DNA of 64,000 nucleotides from Selaginella moellendorffii (lineage: Eukaryota > Plantae > Lycopodiophyta), in the NCBI RefSeq assembly GCF_000143415.4, contig NW_003314373.1, positions 186,001-250,000 on the forward strand, read 5' to 3'. Positions 14,265-24,539 of the stretch are shown here, piece by piece. The stretch's first letter is position 1. Every line of letters begins with the position of its first letter. The notes under the pieces were generated by a model. That model made no database searches, was not told the origin of the DNA, and saw only the letters and a list, made by a program, of their open reading frames with translations. A program made the position numbers and the translations under genes.

Positions 14265-17159
14265 TTGTCAGTGCCACCAAATCTTGCCCGTCCATTTCCC
14301 GTACACCATCGGAGCCGTCGAATTTATGCTGACGTGTACTCATGTAAGTGGCGACACGTCATGACAATGCCACGTCACGTTGATGATTTAGGGTTTATGG
14401 CCTCCTCTATTAGGCGGGCAACCACGAAGTGGTTGTCCCCGGTGCTGGAATGCGGCGGCGTCGATGCGATCCGCGAGGCCGTGGATCTGCTAGAGCAATC
14501 TGGCGCCGCCGGCGGCAGTGGAGATCTAGAGCAGCTCATTCGCCGCTGCGCGGGCGCCAAGGCGCTGGAGGAAGGCCGGAGGATCCACCGGTGGATGGAT
14601 TCAGGTACGCTGGACAGGCCTAGATTTCTCTCCAATCTCCTTGTGGACATGTATGGCAAATGCGGCAGCTTGGTGGAAGCTAAGCGCGTGTTTGATGCCA
14701 TGCAGCACAAGAATGTCTTCTCTTGGACGATGCTCATGGCTGGATTTGTGCAGAGCGGGCGTGGAGTGGAGGCGATCCAGCTCTTCCACCTGATGTGCCA
14801 AGAAGGGGAGCTCCCTGACCGAGTAGCGCTGCTCAAGTTCATCGATTCGTGTGGAGCCGCCAGGGCACTCTCGCAAGGAAGAGGTATTCACTCGCTACTC
14901 TCAGATCACACGGAGTTTGCGACGGACGTGATGATCAACAATAGCTTGATCAGCATGTATGGGAAGTTCCAGGAGCTAGAAGAGGCGAAGCTCGTCTTCG
15001 ATGCAATGAGAAGGCGCGACATCGTCTCCTGGAACGCCATGATCGCGGCATACGCACAGAATGGGTATAACAGGCAGGCTGTGGAGATCTTCGACGAGCT
15101 GGAGAGACAGGGAGGGGTGATGCCGGATAGAGTGACTTTCATCAGCACGCTGGATGCTTGTGCTGGGCTTGACGAGGAGGAAGGCTTGGCTAGAGGCAGG
15201 GACGTCCACTCCAAGATCAACGAGTTCCGGCTGGATGTAGATGGATCTCTCGCGACAACTCTCGTCAACATGTATGGGAGGTGTGGAAGTTTTGCCGAGG
15301 CCAAGGCCATCTTTGACAAGATGAAGAGGAGGGACTTGATATGCTGGAACTCCATGCTGAGCATCTACGTCAACTGTGGCCTCGCGAGATCGGCCATCCA
15401 GCTCTTCCAGGAGATGGATCAGTGCGGCGTGCTTCCGGCCAACATGACGTTCGTCGCTGCTCTAGACGCTTGCTCCAGCTTGGAAGCTCTCAAGCTGGGG
15501 AGAGAGATCCACTCGGCTGCTGCTTCGTGCGGCATGGATTCGGACTTGGTCACCGCCAACGCCATCATCAACATGTATGGCAAGTGTGGAAGCATCGGGG
15601 AGGCCTTTGCCATGTTTACGAGGATGCCGGAGAAGAACGTTATCAGCTGGAGCACGATGATCGCGGCCTTTTGCCAGAACGAGCTTGCGGACGAGGCCCT
15701 CCTCTTCTTCAAGCTCATGCAACAGGAAGGGATGGAGCTGGACAGGATAACTTACGTCAGTGTTCTAGACGCCTACACCAGCGTGGGAGCTCTGGAGCTC
15801 GGCAAAGCTCTTCACGTCAGGATCGTCTACGCGGGGCTGGACACTTCCATCGTTGTTGGCAACACACTCGTCAACATGTATGGCAAGTGTGGAAGCCCCG
15901 ACGATGCCAGGGACGTGTTTGACAGCATGGTGGAGAAGAATGTGGTCTCCTGGAACGCGATGCTAGCAGCTTACGGCCAGAACGGAAGATCGAGAGAAGC
16001 TCTGGCCTTGTTCGACAGCATGGACGTGAAGCCGGACAGGATCACATTTATAAGCGTGCTGGACGCCTGTGCCAGTGCTGCAGCAGGGGACCGAGGGAAG
16101 CAAATCCACGCTACGGTGAACTCCACGGCTCTGGGACTGGACGCTGGCATCCAGAACGCGCTCGTTCACATGTATGGCAAGTGCGGCAACTTGGCAGAAG
16201 CTCGGCGGATCTTCGACTACATGGACTCCAAGAGCGTCGTCTCGTGGACGTCGATGATGACCAGCTACGCCCAGAACGGCCTCGTCAAGGAATCGCTCCG
16301 GCTAGCGCTGCAAATGAAGCTGGAAGGCATGAGGCCGAACGACATCACCTTCGTCACCATCCTCTACTGTTGCAGCCACTCTGGGAAGTTCAAGGACGCC
16401 GTGAGCCACTTCGTGGAGATGAGGCAGGACTTCGGCATCACTCCCAGGGAGGCACACTTTGGATGCTTGATCGACATGCTTGGGCGGTCCGGGAAGCTCG
16501 AAGAGGCCGAGGAGCTGATACAAGCCATGCCGATTCCAGCCGACGCTGTGCTCTGGACATCGCTGCTCTGCGCCTGTGTGACGCACAAGGACGAAGATCG
16601 AGCTGCCCGAGCGGCGGAGGAGGCGTTCCAGCGAGAGCCCAAGTGTGCCGCGGCCTACATCATGCTCTCCAACCTCTACGCGGCGCTCAAGAAGTGGGAC
16701 GAGGCTGCCAAGGTGAGGAAGAGGATGGAGCAAGCCGGGGTGAGGAAGCAGGCTGGGCGGAGCTGGATCGAGATCGACAAACAGGTGCACGAGTTCGTGG
16801 CCGGGGACTCGATCCATCCGGACAAGTCTCGCATCTTCAAGACGCTGCAGAGGCTGATGTCGGAGATGAGGATCAAGGGGTACGAGCCGGATCGAAAGGT
16901 GGTGATCCACAGCATGGAAGAGGAGGAGAAGGACGAGGTGCTGTTCTATCACAGCGAGAAGCTGGCGGTGGCGTTTGGGATTGCCAGCACGCCACCCAGG
17001 ACGCCGCTGTGCATCGTCGAGAACTTGCGAGTGTGCTCCGACTGCCACTCGGCAATCAAGTTCATTAGCGGCGTCGAGGGAAGAAGGATCACGGTCCGGG
17101 ACAGCAACCGGTTTCACCACTTCGATCGTGGCGAGTGCTCTTGTGGGGACTACTGGTAA
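14265..17159 (+). CDS. PLS-class PPR protein with E and DYW deaminase domains (C-to-U editing factor)
   Basis: Intronless 964-aa ORF (real ATG probably ~14398). Repeated MYGKCG...VF..M..VVSW motifs, HSEKLA, CSDCH, GECSCGDYW. Confidence 0.95.
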   Translation: MSVPPNLARPFPVHHRSRRIYADVYSCKWRHVMTMPRHVDDLGFMASSIRRATTKWLSPVLECGGVDAIREAVDLLEQSGAAGGSGDLEQLIRRCAGAKALEEGRRIHRWMDSGTLDRPRFLSNLLVDMYGKCGSLVEAKRVFDAMQHKNVFSWTMLMAGFVQSGRGVEAIQLFHLMCQEGELPDRVALLKFIDSCGAARALSQGRGIHSLLSDHTEFATDVMINNSLISMYGKFQELEEAKLVFDAMRRRDIVSWNAMIAAYAQNGYNRQAVEIFDELERQGGVMPDRVTFISTLDACAGLDEEEGLARGRDVHSKINEFRLDVDGSLATTLVNMYGRCGSFAEAKAIFDKMKRRDLICWNSMLSIYVNCGLARSAIQLFQEMDQCGVLPANMTFVAALDACSSLEALKLGREIHSAAASCGMDSDLVTANAIINMYGKCGSIGEAFAMFTRMPEKNVISWSTMIAAFCQNELADEALLFFKLMQQEGMELDRITYVSVLDAYTSVGALELGKALHVRIVYAGLDTSIVVGNTLVNMYGKCGSPDDARDVFDSMVEKNVVSWNAMLAAYGQNGRSREALALFDSMDVKPDRITFISVLDACASAAAGDRGKQIHATVNSTALGLDAGIQNALVHMYGKCGNLAEARRIFDYMDSKSVVSWTSMMTSYAQNGLVKESLRLALQMKLEGMRPNDITFVTILYCCSHSGKFKDAVSHFVEMRQDFGITPREAHFGCLIDMLGRSGKLEEAEELIQAMPIPADAVLWTSLLCACVTHKDEDRAARAAEEAFQREPKCAAAYIMLSNLYAALKKWDEAAKVRKRMEQAGVRKQAGRSWIEIDKQVHEFVAGDSIHPDKSRIFKTLQRLMSEMRIKGYEPDRKVVIHSMEEEEKDEVLFYHSEKLAVAFGIASTPPRTPLCIVENLRVCSDCHSAIKFISGVEGRRITVRDSNRFHHFDRGECSCGDYW

Positions 17160-17291
17160 CATTAAGATGGTGTAGAATATGCCAGGAATAGTTTAGCACA
17201 GTAAATCAGTTTTATCAATTAAAATATTCATTACAGTTAAGCAACAATTTAAAAAATATTACCATAACTAGATGATCACTACGTAGAGATT

Positions 17292-19490
17292 ATGCTCGTT
17301 CGGCTCAAATGCCGGATCCGCGCGCTCCGATGGGTTTCCACTAGCAGTGCCAGATTCTTCCCTCTCACTGAGAAAGAGGAGCAGCAGATCGATCGGCTCG
17401 AGCGCCTGGATCTCCGCGACGCCGTGCAGCTCCTCGAGGATCGATCCGTGTCACCCAGCGCCGAGGTGCTGGCCTGGTACCTCCGCCGCTGTGGGAGCGA
17501 GGCCGCCATCGCCGAGGGCAAGCGCATCCACTACCACATCGTGCTGTGTGGATTCAAGAGCAGCAGGTACCTTTGCAATCTCCTGGTAGAGATGTATGGC
17601 AAGTGTGGCAGTCTCCAGGCGGCCAAGAGCATCTTCCACATCACACCCAGAAGGAACGTTTTCTCGTGGACTATCATGGTAGCAGCATTTGCCCACAATG
17701 GGCATTACATGGATGCGCTCAAGCTCCTGGAGATCATGGATCTCGAGGGGATTTCGCCCAATTCCATCACCTTCATCGAGCTCCTGGGGGCCGTGGCGGC
17801 ACTGTCGTGGCTGGATCGAGGTAGAGCTCTTCACAGACGCATCGCTTCTTGTGGATTTCTTGCAGATATCTTCGTGGCGAACTGCCTGATCAACATGTAT
17901 GCCAAATGCAGGAGCTTGGCGGACGCTTGCAGCGTGTTTGAGAGCCTCACGAGCAGGAGCGTGATCGCCTGGACCGCCCTCGTCGCTGCCTACGCTCTCA
18001 ATGGATTCTTCCGCGACGCGCTCAAGGTGTTCTTGCTCATGACGCTCGACGGCGTGGAGCCGACCGAGGTAACTTTCGTCACGGTGGTGGATGTGTGTGC
18101 CGATATCGCCGTGTTTGGCATTGGCAGGGAAGTTCACGGGGTGATCGACGCCAGGAGCGAGGCCAACGTTTGCGTGGGGAACGCTCTCATCAACATGTAT
18201 GGGAAGTGTGCCAGTCCCGACGACGCGAGGAAAGTTTTCGACGCGATGGAGAGGAAGGATATCATCACCTGGAACTCGATGATCGCGGTCTACGGACAGA
18301 ACGGCTATGGCTTCCAGGCTCTAGAGATCTACAAACGGATGCAAGAGAGCCGAGTTCTTCCGGATGGCGTGACTTTCACCAGTGCCTTGGACGCCTGCTG
18401 CTGCAACTCGTCACTTCTAGCTCGAGGACAAGCGATCCACGATCAAGCCATCGCCGCGGGACGTGAGAGAGAGGCAACCGTGAACTCGGCACTGATCAAC
18501 ATGTATGGGAAGTGTGGGAGGCTGGACCTGGCGAGGAAAGTTTTCGACGAGACTGAATCCACCAACGCAGTCTCGTGGAACACGATGATCATGGTCTACG
18601 CACAGAACAGCCATCTCAGGGAAGCTCTGGAGCTCTTCTCGGAGATGACCATCCTCGGGATCACACCCGACGACATCACTTTCATCGGGGTGCTCTTCGC
18701 TTGCAGCCATGCCGGGCTCGTCAAGGATAGCTGCAAGCTCTACAGCTCCATGATCGGCGACTACGGCTTCAAGCCCACGTCTCTCCAGTGCGGCTGTCTC
18801 ATCGATCTCCTGGGACGAGCCGGGTGGCTGGACGAAGCCGAGGAGTTCATCAACTCCATGCCATACCATCCGGATCACACCATCTGGACGATACTCCTGG
18901 GAGCTTGCATCACTCACGCGGACGTGGAGCGAGCAGCTCGAGCGGCGGACCGGATCATGGCGCTGAGACCCACGGACTCGGGATCCTATGTCGCTCTCTC
19001 CAACTTGTACGCTCTCGCGGAGAGGTGGGACGACATGGCCAGGATGAGAAAGCTCATGGACCAGCGTGGAGTCTTCAAGATGGCCGGGAAGAGCTCCATC
19101 GAGATTGGTGGAGTGCTGCACGAGTTCATCGCTGGGGACACCTCGCACCCGCGGAAGCGTGAGATTTACGAGGAGCTGCGGAGGATCGAGGGGGTGATCC
19201 GCGAGAGAGGCTACGTCCCGGATATCAAGGCTGTGTTGCACAACGCGGCAAGAGAGGCCAAGGAGAAGATGTGCTGCTTCCACAGCGAGAGGCTGGCGAT
19301 TGCGTTTGGGATGATCTCGAGCCCGGGTGGGACTGAGCTCCGGATCATGAAGAACTTGCGTGTCTGCCCCGACTGTCACTCGGCTTCCAAGATCATCTCC
19401 AAGTTTTCGGGCAGGAAAATCATCGTCAGGGACGCAAATCGCTTCCACGAGTTCCGGAATGGATCCTGCTCGTGTGAAGATTATTGGTAA
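17292..19490 (+). CDS. PLS-class PPR-DYW protein
   Basis: 732-aa intronless ORF with an organellar-targeting-like N-terminus, HSERLA, KNLRVCPDCH, GSCSCEDYW. Confidence 0.95.
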   Translation: MLVRLKCRIRALRWVSTSSARFFPLTEKEEQQIDRLERLDLRDAVQLLEDRSVSPSAEVLAWYLRRCGSEAAIAEGKRIHYHIVLCGFKSSRYLCNLLVEMYGKCGSLQAAKSIFHITPRRNVFSWTIMVAAFAHNGHYMDALKLLEIMDLEGISPNSITFIELLGAVAALSWLDRGRALHRRIASCGFLADIFVANCLINMYAKCRSLADACSVFESLTSRSVIAWTALVAAYALNGFFRDALKVFLLMTLDGVEPTEVTFVTVVDVCADIAVFGIGREVHGVIDARSEANVCVGNALINMYGKCASPDDARKVFDAMERKDIITWNSMIAVYGQNGYGFQALEIYKRMQESRVLPDGVTFTSALDACCCNSSLLARGQAIHDQAIAAGREREATVNSALINMYGKCGRLDLARKVFDETESTNAVSWNTMIMVYAQNSHLREALELFSEMTILGITPDDITFIGVLFACSHAGLVKDSCKLYSSMIGDYGFKPTSLQCGCLIDLLGRAGWLDEAEEFINSMPYHPDHTIWTILLGACITHADVERAARAADRIMALRPTDSGSYVALSNLYALAERWDDMARMRKLMDQRGVFKMAGKSSIEIGGVLHEFIAGDTSHPRKREIYEELRRIEGVIRERGYVPDIKAVLHNAAREAKEKMCCFHSERLAIAFGMISSPGGTELRIMKNLRVCPDCHSASKIISKFSGRKIIVRDANRFHEFRNGSCSCEDYW

Positions 19491-19825
19491 GTGTCTCTTT
19501 TCTGGTAGAACACACCTCAAGAATCATTAAATCTCCTTCACCATGCGACTTGATCTCGAGAAACACATCTACACTGAAAGATTGCAAAGACAGTTCTTCA
19601 TGAATAGATAACAATGTAATGTTGATCCCATAGTAACCATACCTTTAAGGGGGCTTTGCACCAGACATTCTCCATAAATTTTGACACTATTGATAATGAG
19701 AAGATTAGTTTTAATAAGAAATTACATTTTCTCATGTTGTCTTGCTTGTTTATTCTAATTATTTATATAATTACGATTATTTTATATGCTAATGATCCTT
19801 GATCCAATCTTCACATGAGTAAGGT

Positions 19826-20047
19826 CCATTCTGGAGCTCGTGGACGCTGACGATGATGTTCCTGCCGGAAAACTTGGAGATGATCTTGGTAGCCGAGTGA
19901 CAGTCGGGGCAGACACGCAACTTCTTCATAGTCCTGAGCTCAGTATCATCCCAAACGCAATCACCTATGCAACACAGCCTTGATATCCGGGACGTAGCCT
20001 CTCTCGCGGATCACCCCGTCGATCCCCCTCCTCGTAAATCTCTCGCG
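19826..20047 (-). pseudogene. Inverted, internally deleted copy of the DYW-coding end of the 17292-19490 gene
   Basis: Reverse complement matches ~19160-19463 in blocks (e.g. GAAAACTTGGAGATGATCTTGG..GCCGAGTGACAGTCGGGGCAGACACGCAA; CAGCCTTGATATCCGGGACGTAGCCTCTCTCGCGGATCACCCC). Confidence 0.85.
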
Positions 20048-20461
20048 GAGTTATCGGGAGCTTGCGCACTCGAACAAGCTACGAAAGAAAGTTTTCGAAG
20101 CGCTAGGTTTTTTATGGCTTTACGCGTGCTCCTGAGCGTGCGGTTTACATCAATGCGGTGAGAGCGGACACAAGACTTCTATATATTTAAATTGTGAAAA
20201 TACAAAGCGGTAGTTATAGAACATATCTTCTTCTGAAACTAGTATGGTATTGGAGAAAATGACGATCTCACGTAGAGCACTCACCATTTCGATTGTGGCG
20301 AGTGCTTTTGTGGGGACTGTGGGTGGATTACATATATTACACTTTCATTTACTTCATTTGTATATTTTTTAATTAAGAGACAAGAATACATATCAATTGT
20401 TTTTTTTTTTTATAGTTTTTTTTTGTGGATCCTGCTCATAGAATACTATCTTTTGAAGATC

Positions 20462-20938
20462 CTAGTTTAACTCATCTTCTTCCCACTTAACATGTTCTTT
20501 ATCCACCACACACCCCATTGTTCCAAAGATCTTAAGCTGTTTCCGGAACCCATGGTTAACGGCAGTAGGACTAACCTTTTCCACCTCCGCGAGACCCTTT
20601 GCAAAACTTAGCCCTTCACTCCTCATCAAGTGCGCCACAATCACTGAAACACTCCTTGACAAACCCATGCGGCAGTGGACAAGCACCACCCCCTTGCATA
20701 CCACAATCGCATTGTCAATGAATTCCAAACAATCTTCAAGATGGATAAGGAGGTTTTCACTCTCAACATCATCAATCGCCACTTCCTTTCTCACTATTCC
20801 GAACTGGGTGCTGTCAAAGCCTCCAACTTCCACCATTGACAAAATATGTGTAATACCATGTTGTGTAATCCTGGTCTGATTCAAACTCTGTATATCCCGT
20901 ATGTTACCCAGCCACAAGCCTTCCCGAATCTTTATCAT
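20462..20938 (-). CDS. Intronless dual-specificity phosphatase (YVH1/DUSP12-like catalytic domain only); possible retrocopy
   Basis: MIKIREGLWLG, GITHILS, DDVESENLL, catalytic VLVHCRMGLSRS, NHGFRKQL. No C-terminal Zn domain. A-rich tract ~40 nt downstream. Confidence 0.75.
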   Translation of the reverse strand: MIKIREGLWLGNIRDIQSLNQTRITQHGITHILSMVEVGGFDSTQFGIVRKEVAIDDVESENLLIHLEDCLEFIDNAIVVCKGVVLVHCRMGLSRSVSVIVAHLMRSEGLSFAKGLAEVEKVSPTAVNHGFRKQLKIFGTMGCVVDKEHVKWEEDELN

Positions 20939-22251
20939 TTAGAACCCTAGATAATGCTAGGGTTCTAAGGTAATACTGGGAATTTATCTAAAGCGATGGT
21001 ACTTTTTTATTTTTTTTTTGCCTTAAAAGAGAACAGGTAATTCATTTCCTTGAAGCGTATCAAAAGTGATTCTGTCTTTATAGTTCTCAGGAAGATGATC
21101 TACAGCGACAGCGAATAGTTCGACACAAAGAGTGTAAGCATTTTGGTTCCATTTCTCTTAGCGGGCTTTAGAATTTATTTATTTATTTATTTTCTTTTCT
21201 CACTTGCCTCGGGATTGATCAATCGTTTTTCCTATTCTTCTTCCTCTGGTTTGCTTTGGCTCTAGCAATAATGTGAGCCGAAAGCACCGACAATTAGAAT
21301 GGAATATAAAACTTCTCTATCTATCCTTCGCCTGGTCCTTGCTGCGTGAAAGGCTCCAACTTCAAGTCTATCAGAGCCGTTTTCTTGTTTGGTGCGAGGG
21401 AGAATGCTCTGTTTGTTTAGTGTGTAATTCGGTGCTCGCTGGATTTACTTCCTTCTTTTTCCTTGGCCTTCCTTCTCCTTGCCTTGATGGTTGTTGGGCT
21501 TTTGACGGTACTCTAGTCTTGCGAGTTTCAAGGCCTCTTTTCTCTGCTTCCTTGTACCTGTTCTAAACTCTAGACAGGGAAGACGCAAGTTTCAGGCTGG
21601 ATTTAGAAGAGTTTGAGGCTCTCATTATACTTCATGCTTGACTGATTGATTGGATTGTTTGAGGCGAGTACGAGCCAGTCGAGCTAATCATCAGAGCTTG
21701 GCTTTGTCGCTAAAGGTTTGTCTCTCTGATCAGAGGTCGTGTTTGTTTATGTTCTAACTTAGTGGTGACAGGGAAAGCATGAACGTTTTTCCAGTACCAT
21801 TTCGCAGAGAATGAGGGTCTACTGTGGTTCCTGTCCAACGCTCATCAAGGGCCTCATAGTACACAGGCGAGCCAATCACAGGTTGACTTGAAAGAACTTC
21901 CTTTCTTTGTTGTTTTCTTTCTTTTTCTTGGCGCACACTTTGGCTGTCTGTGTCACTTTCTCCGTGAGTTGTCAATGTTTTTATGTTTGCTGCTGCTCAC
22001 TGGCTGTTGCTGTCTTCTCGCAAAACCTTGCACTTCAGAGATTGGAAGAGCGAGGAAGAAAGACGCAAGATTTCTTCTATTCATTCATCCCGTGGCTGGT
22101 CTTAAAGTTGAGCATGTGGAGACGATGCGCAATCTCGAAGGTCTGCCTTGGATTAGTTCGTGTGATGCTGTAGCCAGGATTCGCATTCATGTAACTTAGC
22201 AGCGCTCTCATCTCACTAACTTGTTTGCTTTTGTTCCAGCGCTGTTTTGGA

Positions 22252-24279
22252 ATGGATTCTGTCCGAACCAAGCTGCTGCTGCTGCTGCTGCTTGGAATTC
22301 AAGGCAAAGGAGCTCTTGGAGCCCCTGAGCACGATTTGGTGACCAATCTTCCAGGACAGCCGGCTGTTCCATTCAAGCAATACGCTGGCTATGTGACTGT
22401 GGACAGTCATGCAGGGCGAGCACTGTTTTACTACTTCGTGGAGGCTCACAGCCACGCGAGCTCCAAGCCTCTGGCATTGTGGCTCAATGGAGGTAACGGC
22501 TTCTTTCTTCCGAGTAGGGAGAGAAAAAAAATGGAACAAAGCTCTCTCACTCTCTCTCTCGCTCTCTGTGTTTTTGTTTTTCTTGTTTGATATCATCTTG
22601 CAGGACCGGGATGCTCCTCTATCGGCGGCGGCGCGTTCACCGAGCTTGGCCCGTTTTATCCGAATGGAACAGGGAGAGGCCTTGTTAAAAACTCCAATTC
22701 CTGGAACAAAGGTATCATCATCTCTTCTCAGACCTCTCTATTTTTTTTCCTCGTAGCTCGGACTTTTACTCCTTGTTCTCTAGCTGCGAACATCTTGTTC
22801 CTGGAATCACCCGCTGGTGTCGGCTGGTCATACTCAAACAGGAGCGAAGATTATAGCATCTACAACGACGCAAAAACAGGTGAGTCTCATAGAGATACGC
22901 TCTCTCATTGTCAAAGTTCTAGAGCTTTACTCGTCTCCAAACTTGCAGCTAAAGACTCGGTTACCTTCTTGCTTCGCTGGTTTGACGCATTCCCGGAGTA
23001 TAAAAGCCGGGAATTCTACATCACTGGAGAAAGCTATGCAGGTTCGTGCCTGTTTTTATCGTTTTATTCCTTTTTCTTTTGAGAATCATGATCTTCAAGA
23101 TGTATGTTCATGTACGTTTCTACAGGGCATTATGTACCCCAGCTGGCCGCTGCATTGCTCGATTACAATAAAGCTGCTGGACACTCAGTTTTCAACGTTA
23201 AAGGAATCGCAGTAAGTTTGCGACTATTTTATGGTTTCTCTTCTTCCATGGCAATACGTGGATTCTTTCCTCCAGATCGGCAACCCAGCTTTGAACCTAG
23301 CAATCGACACAGCCTCCACTTATGATTTCCTGTGGTCCCATGGCCTCATCTCGGACAAGACGTACGAGGGCCTTGGAAGAAGCTGCTACTGGAGTGATTA
23401 CGATCACGGCTCTGGGAATAACAACGTCTCCGCCGAATGCAACCAGTTCATATCCAACTCGGCACTAGAGATGGGAGATCACGTCAACCCGTACGACATA
23501 ATCCTGGACGTGTGCGTCCCTTCCATTGTGGAGCAAGAGTTTCGACTAAAGAAGCGAGTAAGCTCTGGTGATCACTTTGGAGATGTTGTCTTTTTTCTTG
23601 ACTCTCGCGTTTCTAGATGGGCCACCGGAGCATTGGAGTCGACGTGTGTATGTCCTACGAGCGATACTACTACTTCAACTTGCCCGAGGTTCAAAAGGCT
23701 CTTCACGCAAACACGACCGGGCTTCCGTATCCTTGGACGAACTGTGACGGGTAAGTAATGCAAAGTTCCGTGGTGTGGTGCGATTTTGATGTTTTGAACA
23801 GGCCTGTTCAATACGACATAAACGACATGAGATTAGACATCGTGCCAGTTCTTCGAGATCTTCTCAAGAATGGTCTTCGAGTTTGGGTTTTCAGGTAAGA
23901 CACTACGGTTGCCAGATTCACAAGCTGCTTACATTTTCCATCGTATCAGCGGTGATGAGGACGCCGTGGTTCCGTTTCTTGGCACACGAGTTAACGTCAA
24001 TAGCCTTGCGCAGGAGCTCAAGCTACGCACAACTGCGTCTTACAAAGCTTGGTTTTTGCGCACACAGGTATGAGAACGATAGAACTTTTCCAGCTTGCGA
24101 TGATCAAACATGCATTCTTTTCTCAGGTTGGAGGATGGGCAGAGTCGTTTGGAAACCTCACGTTTGCTACGGTCCGCGGTGCTGCTCATATGGTTCCACT
24201 CGCACAGCCAGCCAGGGCCTTACTCTTGTTCCAGAAGTTCATCTCTGGACAGCCTTTGCCAGCTTCTCCTTACTCATGA
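22252..24279 (+). CDS. Serine carboxypeptidase-like protein (clade II), multi-exon
   Basis: Signal peptide, [27 protein letters not shown], catalytic [28 protein letters not shown] introns. Confidence 0.93.
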
Positions 24280-24539
24280 CCAAACTTTTGGGAAACGAAT
24301 TCCAGATTATTTGGGCAACAAAGACACATAGTTGAGCAGCAACCGAGTGAGCGTATCCACCATCCGGGACACACCCACGGCTGCTCGACTCGAAACCGAT
24401 CGATGCATCCTAAAACTTGAAAGCTAAATGCTGCTGATAAGAATCGTAAGCGACGTCGAGTTTTACCTTGCAGAAGAAGTAAAAAAATGATGACAGAAAA
24501 CTACCAAGGAAGCTAAGTTCGTCCCGCCGAGTTCGAGGC

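Noticed and set aside
16730-19490. U-to-C (reverse) editing type DYW domains
   Set aside because: Both end in DYW with HSE(K/R)LA, not GRP/DRH-type termini.
21000-22200. Short ORFs upstream of SCPL
   Set aside because: Low complexity, no motifs; more likely the SCPL leader or intron sequence.
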